A DNA stretch of 64,000 nt from the NCBI RefSeq assembly GCF_009914755.1, contig NC_060931.1. One strand, given 5' to 3'. Below, piece by piece: positions 24,410 to 38,670 of the stretch (position 1 is the stretch's first letter; each line of letters opens with the position of its first letter). A program made the translations under genes and the position numbers. Under the pieces are notes generated by a model. That model was not told the DNA's origin, made no database searches, and saw only the letters and a program-made list of their open reading frames with translations. This DNA comes from the human T2T-CHM13v2.0 reference genome, Homo sapiens.

Positions 24410-26473
24410 AATCTTCATCCCTAATGAACCCCAAAAATCCTCAAAAAATACTAGCAAGCCAAATTTCACAGCACATTAAAGAAATCATATACCATAATTA
24501 AGTGGCATTTATCTCTGGGTTGCAAAGATGGCTAAACATATGCAAATCAGTTGATGTGATTTAATAGAATGAAGGATAAAAATCATATGATTATTTCAGT
24601 AGATGCAGAAAAAGCATTTGACAAATTCAACATCCTTTTATGATTAAAACTTTCAACAACTACATAAAGAATATACTAATATTCTTTTTGTTATGTTTCT
24701 CAACATGATAAAGGCCACACATGACAAGCTTACAGTTAACATTATACTCCACAGTAAAAAGTTGAAAGCTTTCCAAGATTAGTAACAAAGCAAGGATGCC
24801 TACTCTTTCCACTCCTATCCAGTATAGTACTGGAAGCCCTAACCAAACCAATTAAGCAAGAAAAAGAAATAACAAGCAACCAAATTGAAAAGAAAGCAGT
24901 AAACTTTTCCCTTTTTGCCAATGACATGACCTTATACATAGAAAACTATAAAGATTCCACCAAAAAAACTCTTGGAGCCAATCAATTCTGTAAAGTTGTA
25001 TAATACAAGATCAGCTATAAAATCAACAGCATTTCTGTACACTAACCACAAACTATCCAAAAAAGAAATCAAGAAAATAATATTATATATCATAGCATTT
25101 TAAAAATACATAAAATGTTTAGAAATAAATTTGACCAAGGAGTTTCTACATTGTTTTCTACATTGAAAACTACAAAATATTGATGAAATAAATTGAAGAT
25201 GAAAAGAATAAATGGAAAAATATCATTTTCATGGATTAGAAGAATTAATATCATAAAAATGCCTGTACTACTCAAAGTGATCTACAGATTTAATGAAATT
25301 CCTATTAAAATTCCAATGAGGTTTTTACAGAAAGTTTTTTTAATTCTAAAATTTGTATGGCACCACAAAAATCATGAAGAGCCAAAGCATCTTGACCAAA
25401 AAGAACAAAACTGAAGGCATCACACTACCTGACTTCAAAATATACTACAAAGGTATAATAATCAAAACATCCCAGTACTGGCATAAAAACAGATATATAG
25501 ACCAATGGAACAGAATAGAAGGCCCAGAAGAAATCCACACATTTACAGTCAAATGACCTTCAACAAAGGCAGCAAGAACACACAATGGGGAAGGGACAGT
25601 CTCTTCAGTAAGTGGTGTTGGGAAAACTGAATATACACATGCAAAAGAATGAAATTAGACTGGTTTCTTGCACCATCTGTAAAACTCAACTGAAAATAGA
25701 TAACTTACTTAATTGTAAGGCCTGAAACTATAAAACTACTAAAAGAACCCATAGGGGAAAAGCTTCTTTACATAGGTCTGGGAAATTACTTTTTGGATAT
25801 GACTCCCACAGCTCAGGCAACAAAATAAAAAATGGGCAAATGGGATTGTATCAAACTGAAAAGCTTCTGCACAGCAAAGAAAACAAAAGTGAAGAGACAA
25901 CCAACAAAAGGGGAAAAAATATTTGCAAGTCATACATCTGATAAGGGGTTAATATTCAAAAAATATAAGGAACCCAAACAACCTTATAGCAAGAAAATGA
26001 ATAACCCAATTTTAAAATGAGCAACAGATGAGAACAGACATTTCTTAAAAGAAAACATACAAATGGACAACAGACATATGAAAAAATCCTTAACATCCCT
26101 AATCATTAGGGAAATGCAAATAAAAACCACAGTGAACTCTCACCTCACACTTCTTAGAATGGCTATTATCAAAAAGACAAAATACAACAAAAGTTGCAAG
26201 GATGTGGAGAAAAGGAAAACTTTGTACACTATTGGTGGGAATGTAGATTAGTATAACTATTATGGAAAACAGTATGGAGATTCCTCAAAACTTTAAAAAC
26301 AGAACTACTATATGATCCAGCAATCCCACTTCTGGGTATATATATTTTAAAAAATAAAATCAGTACATTGAGGATATACCTGCATTCCTATGTTTATTGC
26401 AGCATTCTTCACAATTACCAAGATATGGAATCAAACTAAGCATCCACTGACAGGTAAATGGATAAAAAAAATG

Positions 26474-26527
<54 letters not shown>

Positions 26528-27036
26528 CCACACAATGAAATACTATTCAATCTTTTCAAAGAAGGAAATCTGATCATTTGTAACAACATGGATAAACCTA
26601 GAAGACATTATGCTAAGTAAAATAAGCCAGGCACAAATACTACATGATCTCACTTATATGTGGAGTTTGAAAAGTCAAGCTCACAGAAGCAGAGAGTAGA
26701 ATGGTGGTTGCCAGGGGCTGGCGGAAGGGAAGAGGAATGTGGAGATGTTGGTCAAAGGGTAAAAAAGTTTCAGTTAGACAGGGTGAATAAGTTCTGAAGC
26801 TTTGAGCTTGCAGAGCATGGTGGCTACAGTTAATAATAACCTATTGCATATTGAAAATTGCTAAAAATATAGATCTTAAATTTTCTTATCTCACACACAA
26901 CAAAAGTTTGTGAGGTGAGAGATATGTTAATTAGCCTGATTTCATGATTTTGCAAGGTATGCATATATCAAAACATCAAGTTGCATACCATAAATATATC
27001 CAATCTTTATTTGTCAGTTATACCTTAATAAAACTG
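24410..27036 (+). mobile_element. L1MA-type element: decayed ORF2 3' half and 3'UTR, with (CA)n at ~26477-26525
   Basis: Broken ORF2 peptides ([36 protein letters not shown]); L1MA 3' end TTGTCAGTTATACCTTAATAAA. Confidence 0.88.
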
Positions 27037-27909
27037 AGAAGGAAGAATCTTTACCAAATAGACATACTTTAAAATATATATGTGGAATTTTCAGATAATT
27101 GAACAATAGGACAAAAAAAAATGAAAGAAATAATTTTAAAGAGAAAGCTATTGAAAAAAGATAAGGTAAAACTTGACATTGACAAAAAATAGCTATATAT
27201 ACACAAGAGTTGGAAAAATGTTTAAGATACTGCTATACAAAATTCTACACCAATGAATGTATGAAAGTATAATTTTTGGTTATTAGAAATTATTATTCTT
27301 CAAAATTAGAGTATTAAAATAGCCCACTGAAAATGAAAGTATTTATAGCTCATTATACACTCATTAACTACACCTCCTAACCCACACTGACATCTAAAAG
27401 GCAGTAGCCCAGATCATTTAATAGATAATTCCAACTAAAACTCTAAGAATGAAAGTAATGAACTTTTCCATCTCTAATAACTGTTTCAGAAATAGGAAAA
27501 TAAGGGCAAGTTAACTCTCCAACACATTTAATGAGGTCAGTCTACACCTAAAAGAAACTACTGAACTCATTTAATAAGACTAGCCTAACCCTGATATAAA
27601 ACCAAAGGAAGGACTCTAGAACAGAAAATTGTAGGCCATCCCCACTTGTGACCATAGAAACAAATAATAGAAATAACAAATCTATGTATATGCTATTATA
27701 TAAGCTATGTAAACAATGTATAACATATAATAATTTTATAATATATGTACATATTATATACTTACATGTTTTATATGTTATAAAATATTACACACAAAAA
27801 AGATTAAATAAGGCTTTCCCAGAGATGCAACATTAGAAAGCTTATCATTATAATATACCTCAATAACATATTAAAGGTGAAGGTGGGTCTCAAAGCTCTC
27901 TCCCAGCTA

Positions 27910-29277
27910 CCTTTTGGAGATATTGATGAGCTGATCCTAAAATTCTTGTAATAAACCAAGTGACCCACAATAGCCAAAACTATTTTGAAAACGAACAAAC
28001 TTGGAGGACTCATACTTACCAATGTCAAAACTTAATACCAAGCTGCAATAATCAAGACAGTGCAGCTCTGGTATAAGGTCAATCATATAGACTGTTGCAA
28101 TCAAAATGAGGATCAGTAATAAAACTGCATATTTATGGTTAACTGATTTTTAGCAAGCGTGGTCAAGCAATCAATGGGGGAAAGAATGGTCTTCTTTTTT
28201 AATGGTACTGGGATAGCTAGATATCCACAAGTGAAGGAATGATGGAGGATTCCTTCCTCACACCATACACAAAAATTAACTCCAATGGATTACAGACCTT
28301 CAGTATGACCTAAAACTATAAAACACAGGAGTAAATCTTTGCAGCTTGGGTTAGCAAAGCATTCATAGATATGACACCAAAAGCAAAAATTAGATAAATT
28401 TTTCTAAACCTTACCAAAGTTAAAAGCTTTTCTGTGTCAAAGGTCACTATCAACAAGGTGAAAAGACAACCCATAGAATAGGAGAAAGTATTTGAAAATC
28501 ACATATCTGATAAGGGACAAATATGGGCAAATATCTAAACAGGCATTTCTCCAAAGAATGACCAATACGCACATGAAAAGCAACATCATTAACCCTTAGG
28601 GAAAGGTAAACCAAACTCACAATGAGATGCCACTTCACCCACGCTAGGGTGGCTATAATAAAAAAGACAGGTAGCAAGTGTTGGTAAAAATGTAGAAAAA
28701 TTGGGAACCGCCTACATTGCATTTGGGAATACATAATTGTGCAGTCATTTTGGAAAACAGTTTGCAGTTCCTCAAAATGTTAAACGTAAGAGTTACCACA
28801 TGACCCAGAAATTTCCTTTCTAGGTATATAACCAAGAGAAATGAGAACATATGTCTACACAAAAACCTGTACAAGAATGTTCATAGCAGTATTATTCGTA
28901 TAGAGAAAAGGTGAAAACAACCCAAATGTCCATAAACTGATGAATGAATAAGCAAAATTCAGTACATCCATATGATAATAATATTATCCTGCAATAAAAA
29001 TAAATGAAATACTGATAAATGCTGCAACATAGATAAACTTTGAAAATGTTTTGCTAGGTGAAAGAAGCCAGTCAAGAAAGAGTACATATTATTCTACTTA
29101 TATAAAATGTCCAGAATAGGCAAATCCATAGAGGCAGAAATATATTAGTGGTTGCCAGTGGGAAGGAAATGGGGGGTAACTGCTAAAGCTACAGTGTTTC
29201 CTTTTGAGATGATGTTCTAAAATTGTGGAGATGTGCACAACTCTATAACTGTACTAAAAATCAATAGTTGTACACTG
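27910..29277 (+). mobile_element. L1MB-type ORF2 end and 3'UTR fragment
   Basis: CACCATACACAAAAATTAACTC, ACATATGTCTACACAAAAACCTGTACA, AAAATGTCCAGAATAGGCAAATCCATAGAG. Confidence 0.8.
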
Positions 29278-30815
29278 ACATATCCATGGCATGCCTAAGA
29301 AATGTCTTAGTAGGAGATGTGCACAAGCCAGTGCAGAGTATGATTATCAGTATGGAAGGCAGAACCAATTAGGCAGCAATCCAGTGCTACAGAACCTTGC
29401 AGTGGGGCTACGAGAAGCCAGTTCCCCCATCCTACTTGGGACCATGCAGCACTCAGTGGGCATGACTGGGGCCTGGAATGTCTGAACATCAGTCTGCTAA
29501 GGACCTCCAGATCTCTCTGTCTTAAGAAGCAGCCATTTACAGGGCTGCTATGTGTTGTATGTATAGGGTTGTGTACAATCAGTGTGATTCAATCATTCAC
29601 TTAACTTGTGTATTAATTTATTGACTCTATTCACTCATATAACATACTATTAGGACATTCCTTTTATGTGCTAGTCATTGTACTAAGCATTAACTGCCCA
29701 GAGAAAACAAATCTTAGTCTTTTGCCAGAGAACCAACTCGTTATTTTTAATTGTAGTGAATAAAGGGAAGGATTCAAGCATTTATCCTGCCTTTAGTAAA
29801 TAAGCTGTTAAAAATTTCTCTATATAGAAGTATTCCAGCTAACAAATGAAGACAAAAATGTAAGAATTAGAATATCACTATTTTACAGCCCCTATGAACT
29901 AATAGATGTAGGCAATAGTCATCAATCAATACTAACATCACAAATGAGAAATAAACAGGTTATATGTGTTTCTTAATGGAATTAAACAACATTGTGTATG
30001 AAGTCTTGCCAAAAACGTTCACGCTTGATCAAGTTTCTAGATCTAACTACCAGTTTGGAGGAAATAAAAAAGTTAGAGTTGCATAATAAATGACTTCATG
30101 GGAAAGACAATGGAAATTCTAAAGAAAGATATCCAGCTCCTCAACAAATACATTTTAAGATAAAGAAAAGGAAAGGAAATGGAAGAGTAGCTTAGAGATG
30201 AAAAGAGACTTGAGAGACATATCAACCAATTACAATATATGGACATTATTTGAATCCTATATTAACAAATAAAAATGAAGTATGAGATAATCAGAGAACC
30301 TTGAACACTAGACATTCGATGACAATAAGGAATTATTGTTAATGTTTAGATGTGATAATGGTATACAGTTATGGTTAAACAATGTATGAGTTGCAGTCAT
30401 TGATCTTAAGAAGCTCACAGAAAGTGGGGGGAATATGCAGGTTGAAAAACGATTAAAATACAACTTGATAAGGTTACGCCAGTGATAAGTGAAAAGTATT
30501 GTGGGAACACAGAGATGAGTACCACCTAGGAGGCTGAAGGAATAATTCCCATATAAGACAGATAAGAGTCTTAAAGGATGAGAAGTTTGCCAGGGAAATT
30601 AGGCAGGAAGGGAGCCCTGAAACAAGAACAATATGAACAGAACAAAGAGGTATTAAAAAAACAGGATGTGTTCCAAGCAGTGCAAATATTTGAGCATGGT
30701 TACAGCACAGAGAAGGTGGTGAGATATGAGGTTGGAGAGACAGGCTTGCATGAGATCTTACTGGATCTTTCTCGATTCTGTATGAAGGCCAATGTACTAC
30801 CTGTTTGATGTTTAA

Positions 30816-31180
<365 letters not shown>

Positions 31181-34100
31181 AACAGGTATCTCTTTCTAGA
31201 GATGAAGACTTCACTGTACTTCAAGCTTCTAATATAGGTTACAAAAGTGTTATTCAATATGATGTGGGTTGTCATCACTAAGATTCCCGCTAAAATTCTG
31301 CTATCTTTTAAACCAAGGAACAGAACACTCAGGAGAACTGGCCCATGTGCTAATGAGGTTCCCACTGTCCCTTCTAAGCCGTATGCCTGGATCAGCAGAG
31401 GACTCTCATCTCATCCTGTAGAAAGGTTTGGCTTCAGTATACTCCTGAGAGCTGGAGTTAGGCTTCTGTGGGCTGTAAACAGAAAATAGAAAACAGCCGA
31501 CTCCCTCGGGCCATGCTTCTTCTTGGTATCTTGTTCCACGTCTATCCCAACTGTCTGCCAAATTTCTTTATGCTTTCTAAGACAAATTCATGGCCTTTTC
31601 CAGTTTCCTCAGAAGGGGCACTTGTAAACTCCAAAGGAAGGTGAGACCAGATCATGGCGCAGAAATTCTATTTGGCTTACCTTCTCTGGAACCTTCATCT
31701 AAGAGTGGCAATATTCTCATTTCCTTACGCAGCTAGGTTTGCACTTTTTACTCAGTTAAAAACAAAAATAAACTAAACAATATATTGTTTAGAGATACAT
31801 AAGTAAGTGGCAAAACCACAAAGAAAACCAAGAACGTAATTAACACAAAACACCAGACAGTGGTTTCCTTTGCTGGAGGAAAGAAAAGAGGAGTACACAG
31901 GGCATTTCTGAAGTACTGGGTAGATTTCTTAACTATTGAGTCTATTCACTCTATTGATTTCTTAACATGGGGGTTACATTGCTGTTTATTTTATTATAAC
32001 CATTCTCCAAACCATATGTATATGTATGATATACTTTTCAGTGTGTATGTAACATTACAGACACACAATTTTTAAAGTTGTGGGATTCAAGACAAACATC
32101 TTTCATAGCTCCATCATTTGAAACTTTTCCCTAGACATCAGTCTTGCAAATTGATGGCAAGTGGTGGTGACCGACATTCACCTTCCCCTATGCTAACTAT
32201 CCTGCCTCTTGAAAGAAAGAGTGAAGCAAGTGTGTGTGCACATGTGAGGAGCTATAGGTCTATTTTACTACTATTGGGTAACTCTGCCTCTGAATTTCTG
32301 GACAAACCCATAAATTTGAAATAAATTCTCCTTCCCTTGCCCCATGCTTTTTGAAACTGAAGAACATTTTTCAAAGTTCAGTTAAGTGAAACACCTTGCA
32401 TAAAAAATGTTGTAATTGAGCCTGCTCATGAACAAAAATAATGTATACCAAAATAATTTAGGTATATAAAAAAGTAAAGATAAAATGACAATGTTGGGAC
32501 AGGAAGTCTAGGAAGAAATTAAAAGCTAAAGAAGAGAGTGGAATATGCCAAACCCACATGGACATCTCACAAAAGAAGGAAGGTGCCTCAGTGGAAGACA
32601 TTTCCAATAGACATTTTCTTTCCTCTCTTCCCTAAATTTTGTTCATATTAATCTCAATTTCTAAAAATATTTACCTGTGTAATTTATTTCTTCAAAGATC
32701 GTTTACACACATGAAAGGAAACTCTTTTCTAAATAAACCAAAGTGCAGAGATAATTTCTAAGCTTTGTTCATTGAGTTATTATTATGCAAAAAGAAATAC
32801 TTAGGGAATTATAAAAAACTTCCCTACTGCAATTTCATAAAATATTATTCTCTTATAATACACATTAATGGCCTCTTCTAAATAGGTGTTAAGTCTATTA
32901 GGTAAATATGTCATTACATATTTGCAGTCTTTTTTCCCTTCCTCATTTGGTTATGTTAGGTTACAAAAATGCATTCCGAAATTCCAAATACATTTGGAAG
33001 ACTTTTAAAATTTTATTATAATAGCTTTTTGGTGCCACCAAATTTTATATGACTCTATTCCAAAGGTTGAGCTTATTTCATACTATTTCAGAAGAGTAAA
33101 AATTATGTTGCATTGCTCAGACATAATAGACTAGAAAGATTGATTCATTCACTCCTCTGTTTATGTAATCATTCATTCATCCATCACACTTAATTGTCTT
33201 ATAGTGGTAAGACCTTGTGATAAGTGCAATGGGGAAAATATTCATGAATTGGACCATGAGGCTGACATCAAAGCACCTCATATCTAATAGGAGATTAAAA
33301 TATGCCCAAATAACAAAACTGTTAATTACCATAAGAGAATATTTTTTAAGTACGATTACCTCTGTGATGGCACAGATCATTTTCTTCTTTCTCTCTGGTG
33401 ATCCCTTTCACCTGGAATAGTGCTTGGCCCCTAGCAGGCGCTCATGCTTATTGAATGGGGGTGGGGAGAAATGTATGAATGAAAAAAAGATGACACATGA
33501 CCTGGGCTTGGATAATGGAATAATCTGTTCATCAGAAAATACATAAGGCAATTTCAAAAATCAAGATCGTGCTTGTGAGTCTTATTTTGACCAAATTCAG
33601 TTCTTTTCAGCAATAATTACCTCAGCATGGTCTTAAACCTCCCTCTCCACACTTGTCCTGTCACCACAACTTAAGAAAACATCCATGAACATAAAGACAA
33701 AGGCAGTCCCAGGAACTAGGGGAAATTTGTTGAACTATGGTTGATCCATCAAGGAGTGCTGTTCATTTCAAAAGAGTGAACTTGGGGTGTTATGCACTTA
33801 GTTCCATGATGCTAACATTTAATATATGCATAGAACTCCAGAAGTTGCCTTCAGAATCTGCATCAGCTCCTCTAAATATCCACAATGGCTACATTTTTAT
33901 CTTTTAAAGGTGGCTATAATATTTGAGAGTCCTGATATTTTCTCTACTTCAATGTACAAATAAATCAGTTGAGTAACATTATTACTGGATATCTTAAAGA
34001 GGTACTCCAATTACATTCTCAGAATACTTGCTCTACATAATGGCAAGGTATATAAAGTGGAAAGGAGGCTTGTTTAGATGGCTTTCTTTACAATTTTATT

Positions 34101-36049
34101 TAAATAAATCTTCAACTACCCACTGCGATGTAATATAATATTTTTTGAAAGATCAATGGGGCTGAAGTACCAAGTGACCATATACTGGAGCTTCTGAGTT
34201 GCCAGCAATTCAATAAAAGCTTGGAATAAAATAAGACCAACAACTTGAAAGTCTGAAATTATCATTTTCAAGAGTCATTTTGTAGCAAACAAGAATATAG
34301 AGAGGACTAGAATTATTTAAATTAGTGAAAACATGTAGGTGGTTCTGAAATACAGAAAATAGCCTTACAAAAGTTCAGAGTGGGTAAGCATCTCTAATGT
34401 AATACCCTGCAGTGACATATTCCATAGAACAAACAAAAGAATACCTTATTTTTTAATAGCAAAAGATCTCTTAGAAGGGGTTCTTATCTATACTCCTAGA
34501 TGGCTAACATACTTTATCTCGTATCATCATTGTGATATATTATTGATGGTGTCAATGTTATACATAGTGAAGACATGCCAGTGTATTTTCCTCAATGTCC
34601 AGGATAGACTATATTTTTTGTATACTTTCTACATTAACTACATATGTCTTCTATTATTCAGTAATAGTGTAAGATACTCTCTCCTCTTTGCAGTTGACCC
34701 AGAAAATGAATCAATCTTGTGGGTCACCTCAAATCCTGGTTTTCAATGGGGAAAAAAAACTTCAAAAGTTCTATTAACCAACAATAGTATAAAGAATATT
34801 AAAAAGTGCTTGTTGCATATTAAACAATGTGCCTATCTCATTTTTCTTTTCACTTTGCTTTTTGGATTGTCAAGGTTTTCCTCAAAATTGCTGTAATAAT
34901 ATAGAAGAGAATGTCACGTCTCCTCCCTTTTCCAAAACTTTATAAAAAATTTCTTACAAGCTTGTGGATGTAATTGTCTTGATTTAAGGAGAATAAACTG
35001 AGAAAGAAAAATGTCTAAGCAAACAACTGTTCAAATATTTTAGAAACTATTAAAACTTAAGGAAAATGTTCTTTTGAAGAGCTAATCACTTATGTAAGAA
35101 TTTGTAATTATGTAATGATATATGATTAATAATTACTACTCATGTTTAAATAAACTGTAGTTGTTTTCTTGTGTGATTTATATTATAAATTATTAGGCCA
35201 AAATAATGTTTGATATAAATATCATTTTATTTAATGTAATAGGCATTAATTATAAATAATTAGATAAAATTATTTTATTATACATGATGAAATATATTAT
35301 TTGGATGATATATTTCAGTATTTCTTAAAAAGGACTTTACTATGGAAACACAATGTATGATATTCACAAAACATGTGTGATGCAATCCCAAGATATATAT
35401 CTAGATGGATAGCTGCAGAAGAGACAAGAGATTCTGAAGATTGTGAATAATTCCTAATGAGGTGACCCTCAAAATACTTAAACTTAAGAAAACAAAAGAG
35501 AATGTAAATGAATTAAAATGATGCTATTTTTTACCTTAACTTTTATTCTTTTCAAATTTCAAAAACCTTATAATTTTTACTATTATTAACAAATTTGTTA
35601 TGATATACCTCATGTCTGATTCAGACAAACCAATATTTTATTCTAGTTGCTAATGCTGCTCTATTCTATAGTTCATTCATCCAAACACTATCCATTTGCC
35701 ACACATTTTGAGTGTCTGTTAGGTATCAGGCTCTGTGATAGGCACTGGCATTATGGAGATGAACAAGGAATCTTTGAACTCAGTTTCATCTCTTAAAGAT
35801 CAATATATTGAATGCCTGAGAATGATCAGTGTATTGAATTGTTTTTCATGTTAGAGTTTCATAATTGATGAGCTATAAAATATTCTTTATCTTAACCCCT
35901 GTAATTTTAAAAATTATTGAACACCTTCCCTATTTTACTTAATGTTCATTTACTGATTACTATCTATTTGATAGAGAGGCTAAAAAGGAAAATTTAGTTT
36001 TCAGGAAGACCCATCAGAAATTAAGACATGAGCTTCTGATAAAGATGGC

Positions 36050-36655
36050 AGTCTAGGAGAGAAGAAGTATCATCTTTTGCTTAACCATCTCAAGGTTCAT
36101 GGCTGAGACTCCTATAACAAAAAAACAGATTAATAAAAGCATACGAGTTAGTTTAATATAAATAATAGGTGACACAGAAGCCTCAGAAATGAAGATCTGA
36201 AAAAACAGGAATATCTCTGTGTATTTTATGCTAAGTCTGATTTTAAAAAAAAGATGGTTGTGAAGAAACGTGATTGGGCAAAAAGGAAGATGATGCAATG
36301 ATAATAAACTGGGGGGAACTCAGCAAGGCCTGTTTGTTCATATTCTTTTCTGTGTCTGTGTCTTCAGAGATAAGGATGGTCCTTTTATCCAGGTAGAGGG
36401 AGGACTGTTTGGAGTGAGGGTCTTTTGGAATGAGGGTCTTATAACCTGCTTCAGGGGAAGGTCAGCTTGGTTTTATGGCCCACTTCAGGGGAGAAAAGAA
36501 AAAAAGAATTCTAGTTTCTATGGCCTGCTTGAGGAGAGAGGGGGGGCATGAGAAGGTCAAAGAGACCTTCCTGCTTCTGCAGTTTTCTTAATTTTTCAGC
36601 TTAAGACTCAGTATTCCAAGATGCCATATTTTGGGCTATCATGTTCTGAGTTCTG
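36050..36655 (-). mobile_element. ERV1 solo LTR (MER34/MER39-like)
   Basis: GGTTCATGGCTGAGACTCCTATAACAAAA near one end; CCATATTTTGGGCTATCATGTTCTGAG is the reverse of a MER34/39-type start. Confidence 0.6.
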
Positions 36656-37069
36656 TCTGCAGTTTACGCCTATATTATATTTTACCCTCCCTGAAACTTA
36701 CTGAATTTGAGGGAAGAGAGGGCATTCTGTGTATAGCTAAAATAAAACAACTTAGCTTCCTAACCAAGAAAAATTTTAAATGAACCCTGCAGCTCCTCAA
36801 TAAAATAAATTGAATTAAGACAAATGCTGAACCATCAAATAAAAGCAATGTGAATTTTGTTCAATTTTTAGCAATATGGAATAGTAGAGAGCCCAAAGTC
36901 ATATAGCCTCAAATCATTTAAGCTATTTTAAAAGGAGGAATATTTTAAAATATGCTTTTAAATCAATGAAAGACACTGTTGAGAAATTGCAATAAGCCAT
37001 GTGAAGCTGATAGCAAAGCAGGAACTCCAGCCTGATAAGATAAGTTTGGATCCCAGAGGTCCAGAGCAC

Positions 37070-37415
37070 TATAGTGGTTCTCAAAGTGTGTTCCCTGGAC
37101 CAGTGGCAGCAGCATCACCTAGAAGGCTGTATTTCTAACAACTTCCTAAGTGTCTTCCTAAATCTACTAAATCAATAACTTTGGAAGCTGGGTCCAGTAA
37201 TTAGTGTTTTAAGAGAACTAGAGTGGTTCTGAAATTATAGCATATATCAGAATCATTTAGAGGGCTTGTTAATTTCCTCAGTGTATTTTCTGGGAATCAG
37301 CAGCATTGTTAGAAATGCAGAATCTTAGGCCCTACCCCAGACCTACCACATCAGAATCTGCAGTTTAATAAGATTCCCAGGTGACTTATACACATTAAAA
37401 TTTGAGAACCACTGG
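37070..37415. mobile_element. MER5-family hAT-Charlie elements (nested fragments)
   Basis: Terminal repeats AGTGGTTCTCAAAGTG ... AAATTTGAGAACCACTG; internal TGTTAGAAATGCAGAATCTTAGGCCC. Confidence 0.75.
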
Positions 37416-37476
37416 CCTAGAGTAATGTCTTCCAAACGTTTTTGACTCAAAGAAAATATTCTTTGCGATACAATAT

Positions 37477-37478
<2 letters not shown>

Positions 37479-37518
<40 letters not shown>
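37479..37518. repeat. (CA)n microsatellite
   Basis: About 19-20 CA units seen directly. Confidence 0.93.
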
Positions 37519-37522
<4 letters not shown>

Positions 37523-38359
37523 CAGTGGGGTCAGGAGTAAGTGAGGTGAATAAGATACCCAGGATATGAAATTTAAAGAGGCATTCACTTTCAGAGTCCT
37601 GCAAATGCACTTACATAAGTGAGTGCCTCTTTTAATTTTGTACTCTAATTGACTCACTTCATCTCATTCTCGTCCACTGCTAGCTTTGAAGGCAGAGAAA
37701 ACGAGCCATGAGCCAAAGATTGTGGGTGGCCTCCGAAAGCTATATATCCTGAGCTGACAGCCAGCAAGGAAATGAGGACCTCAGTAGAATAACCACATGG
37801 AACTGAATTCTACCAATAGCAAGAGTGATATTGGAAGTGGATTCATTCTTAGAACTCCCAGAAAGGAATACAGCCTGCCTGGCACTTCTATTTCAATACT
37901 GTGGCACTCTAAGCAGAGGACTCCACTGAACCACACCGTACCCATAAACAGGAAGTCTTTTATGCAGCTGGTATTTATGGGAATTGGAAATTTTGACCTA
38001 CACAGCTGTGAGATAATAAATGGGTGCTGTTTTAAGCCACTAAAATTTTTTTATTTTTTAAATTTATTTTTAATTTCCATAGGTTTTTGGGGAACAGGGG
38101 TATTTGGTTACATGAGTAAGTTCTTTAGTGGTGATTGGTGAGATTTTGGTGCACCTATCACCCAAGCAGTATACACTGAACCCAATTTGTAGTCTTTTAT
38201 CCCTCACTCCCCTCCTACCCTTTCCCTGGAGCCACCAAAGTCCATTGTATCATTCTTATGCTTTTGCATTCTCATAGCTTAGCTCCCACTTATGAATGAG
38301 AACATAGGATGTTTGGTTTTCCATTCCTGAGTTAGTTCACTTAGAATACAAGACTCCTC

Positions 38360-38670
38360 GGCCGGGCACGGTGGCTCACGCCTGTAATCCCAGCACTTTG
38401 GGAGGCCAAGGCAGGCGGATCATGAGGTCAGGAGATCAAGACCATCCTGGCTAACACGGTGAAACCCCATCTCTCCTAAAAAATACAAAAAATTAGCCAG
38501 GTGTGGTGGCAGGCGCCTGTAGTCCCAGCTACTCAGGAGGCTGAGGCAGGAGAATGGCGTGAACCTGGGACGCGGAGCTTGCAGTGAGCTGAGATTGTGC
38601 TACTGCACTCCAGCCTGGACGACAGAGCGAGACTCCATCTCAAAAAAAAAAAAAAAAAAAAAAAAAAAAA
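38360..38670 (+). mobile_element. AluY element directly abutting an L1 5' end
   Basis: Y diagnostics ACCATCCTGGCTAACACGGTG, GAATGGCGTGAACC, GGAGCTTGCAGTGAGC; pure A29 tail 38642-38670. Confidence 0.95.

Noticed and set aside
32300-36000. Largely repeat-poor AT-rich stretch as a possible TAC1 downstream enhancer
   Set aside because: No motif cluster or exon structure supportable from sequence alone; needs conservation and chromatin data.
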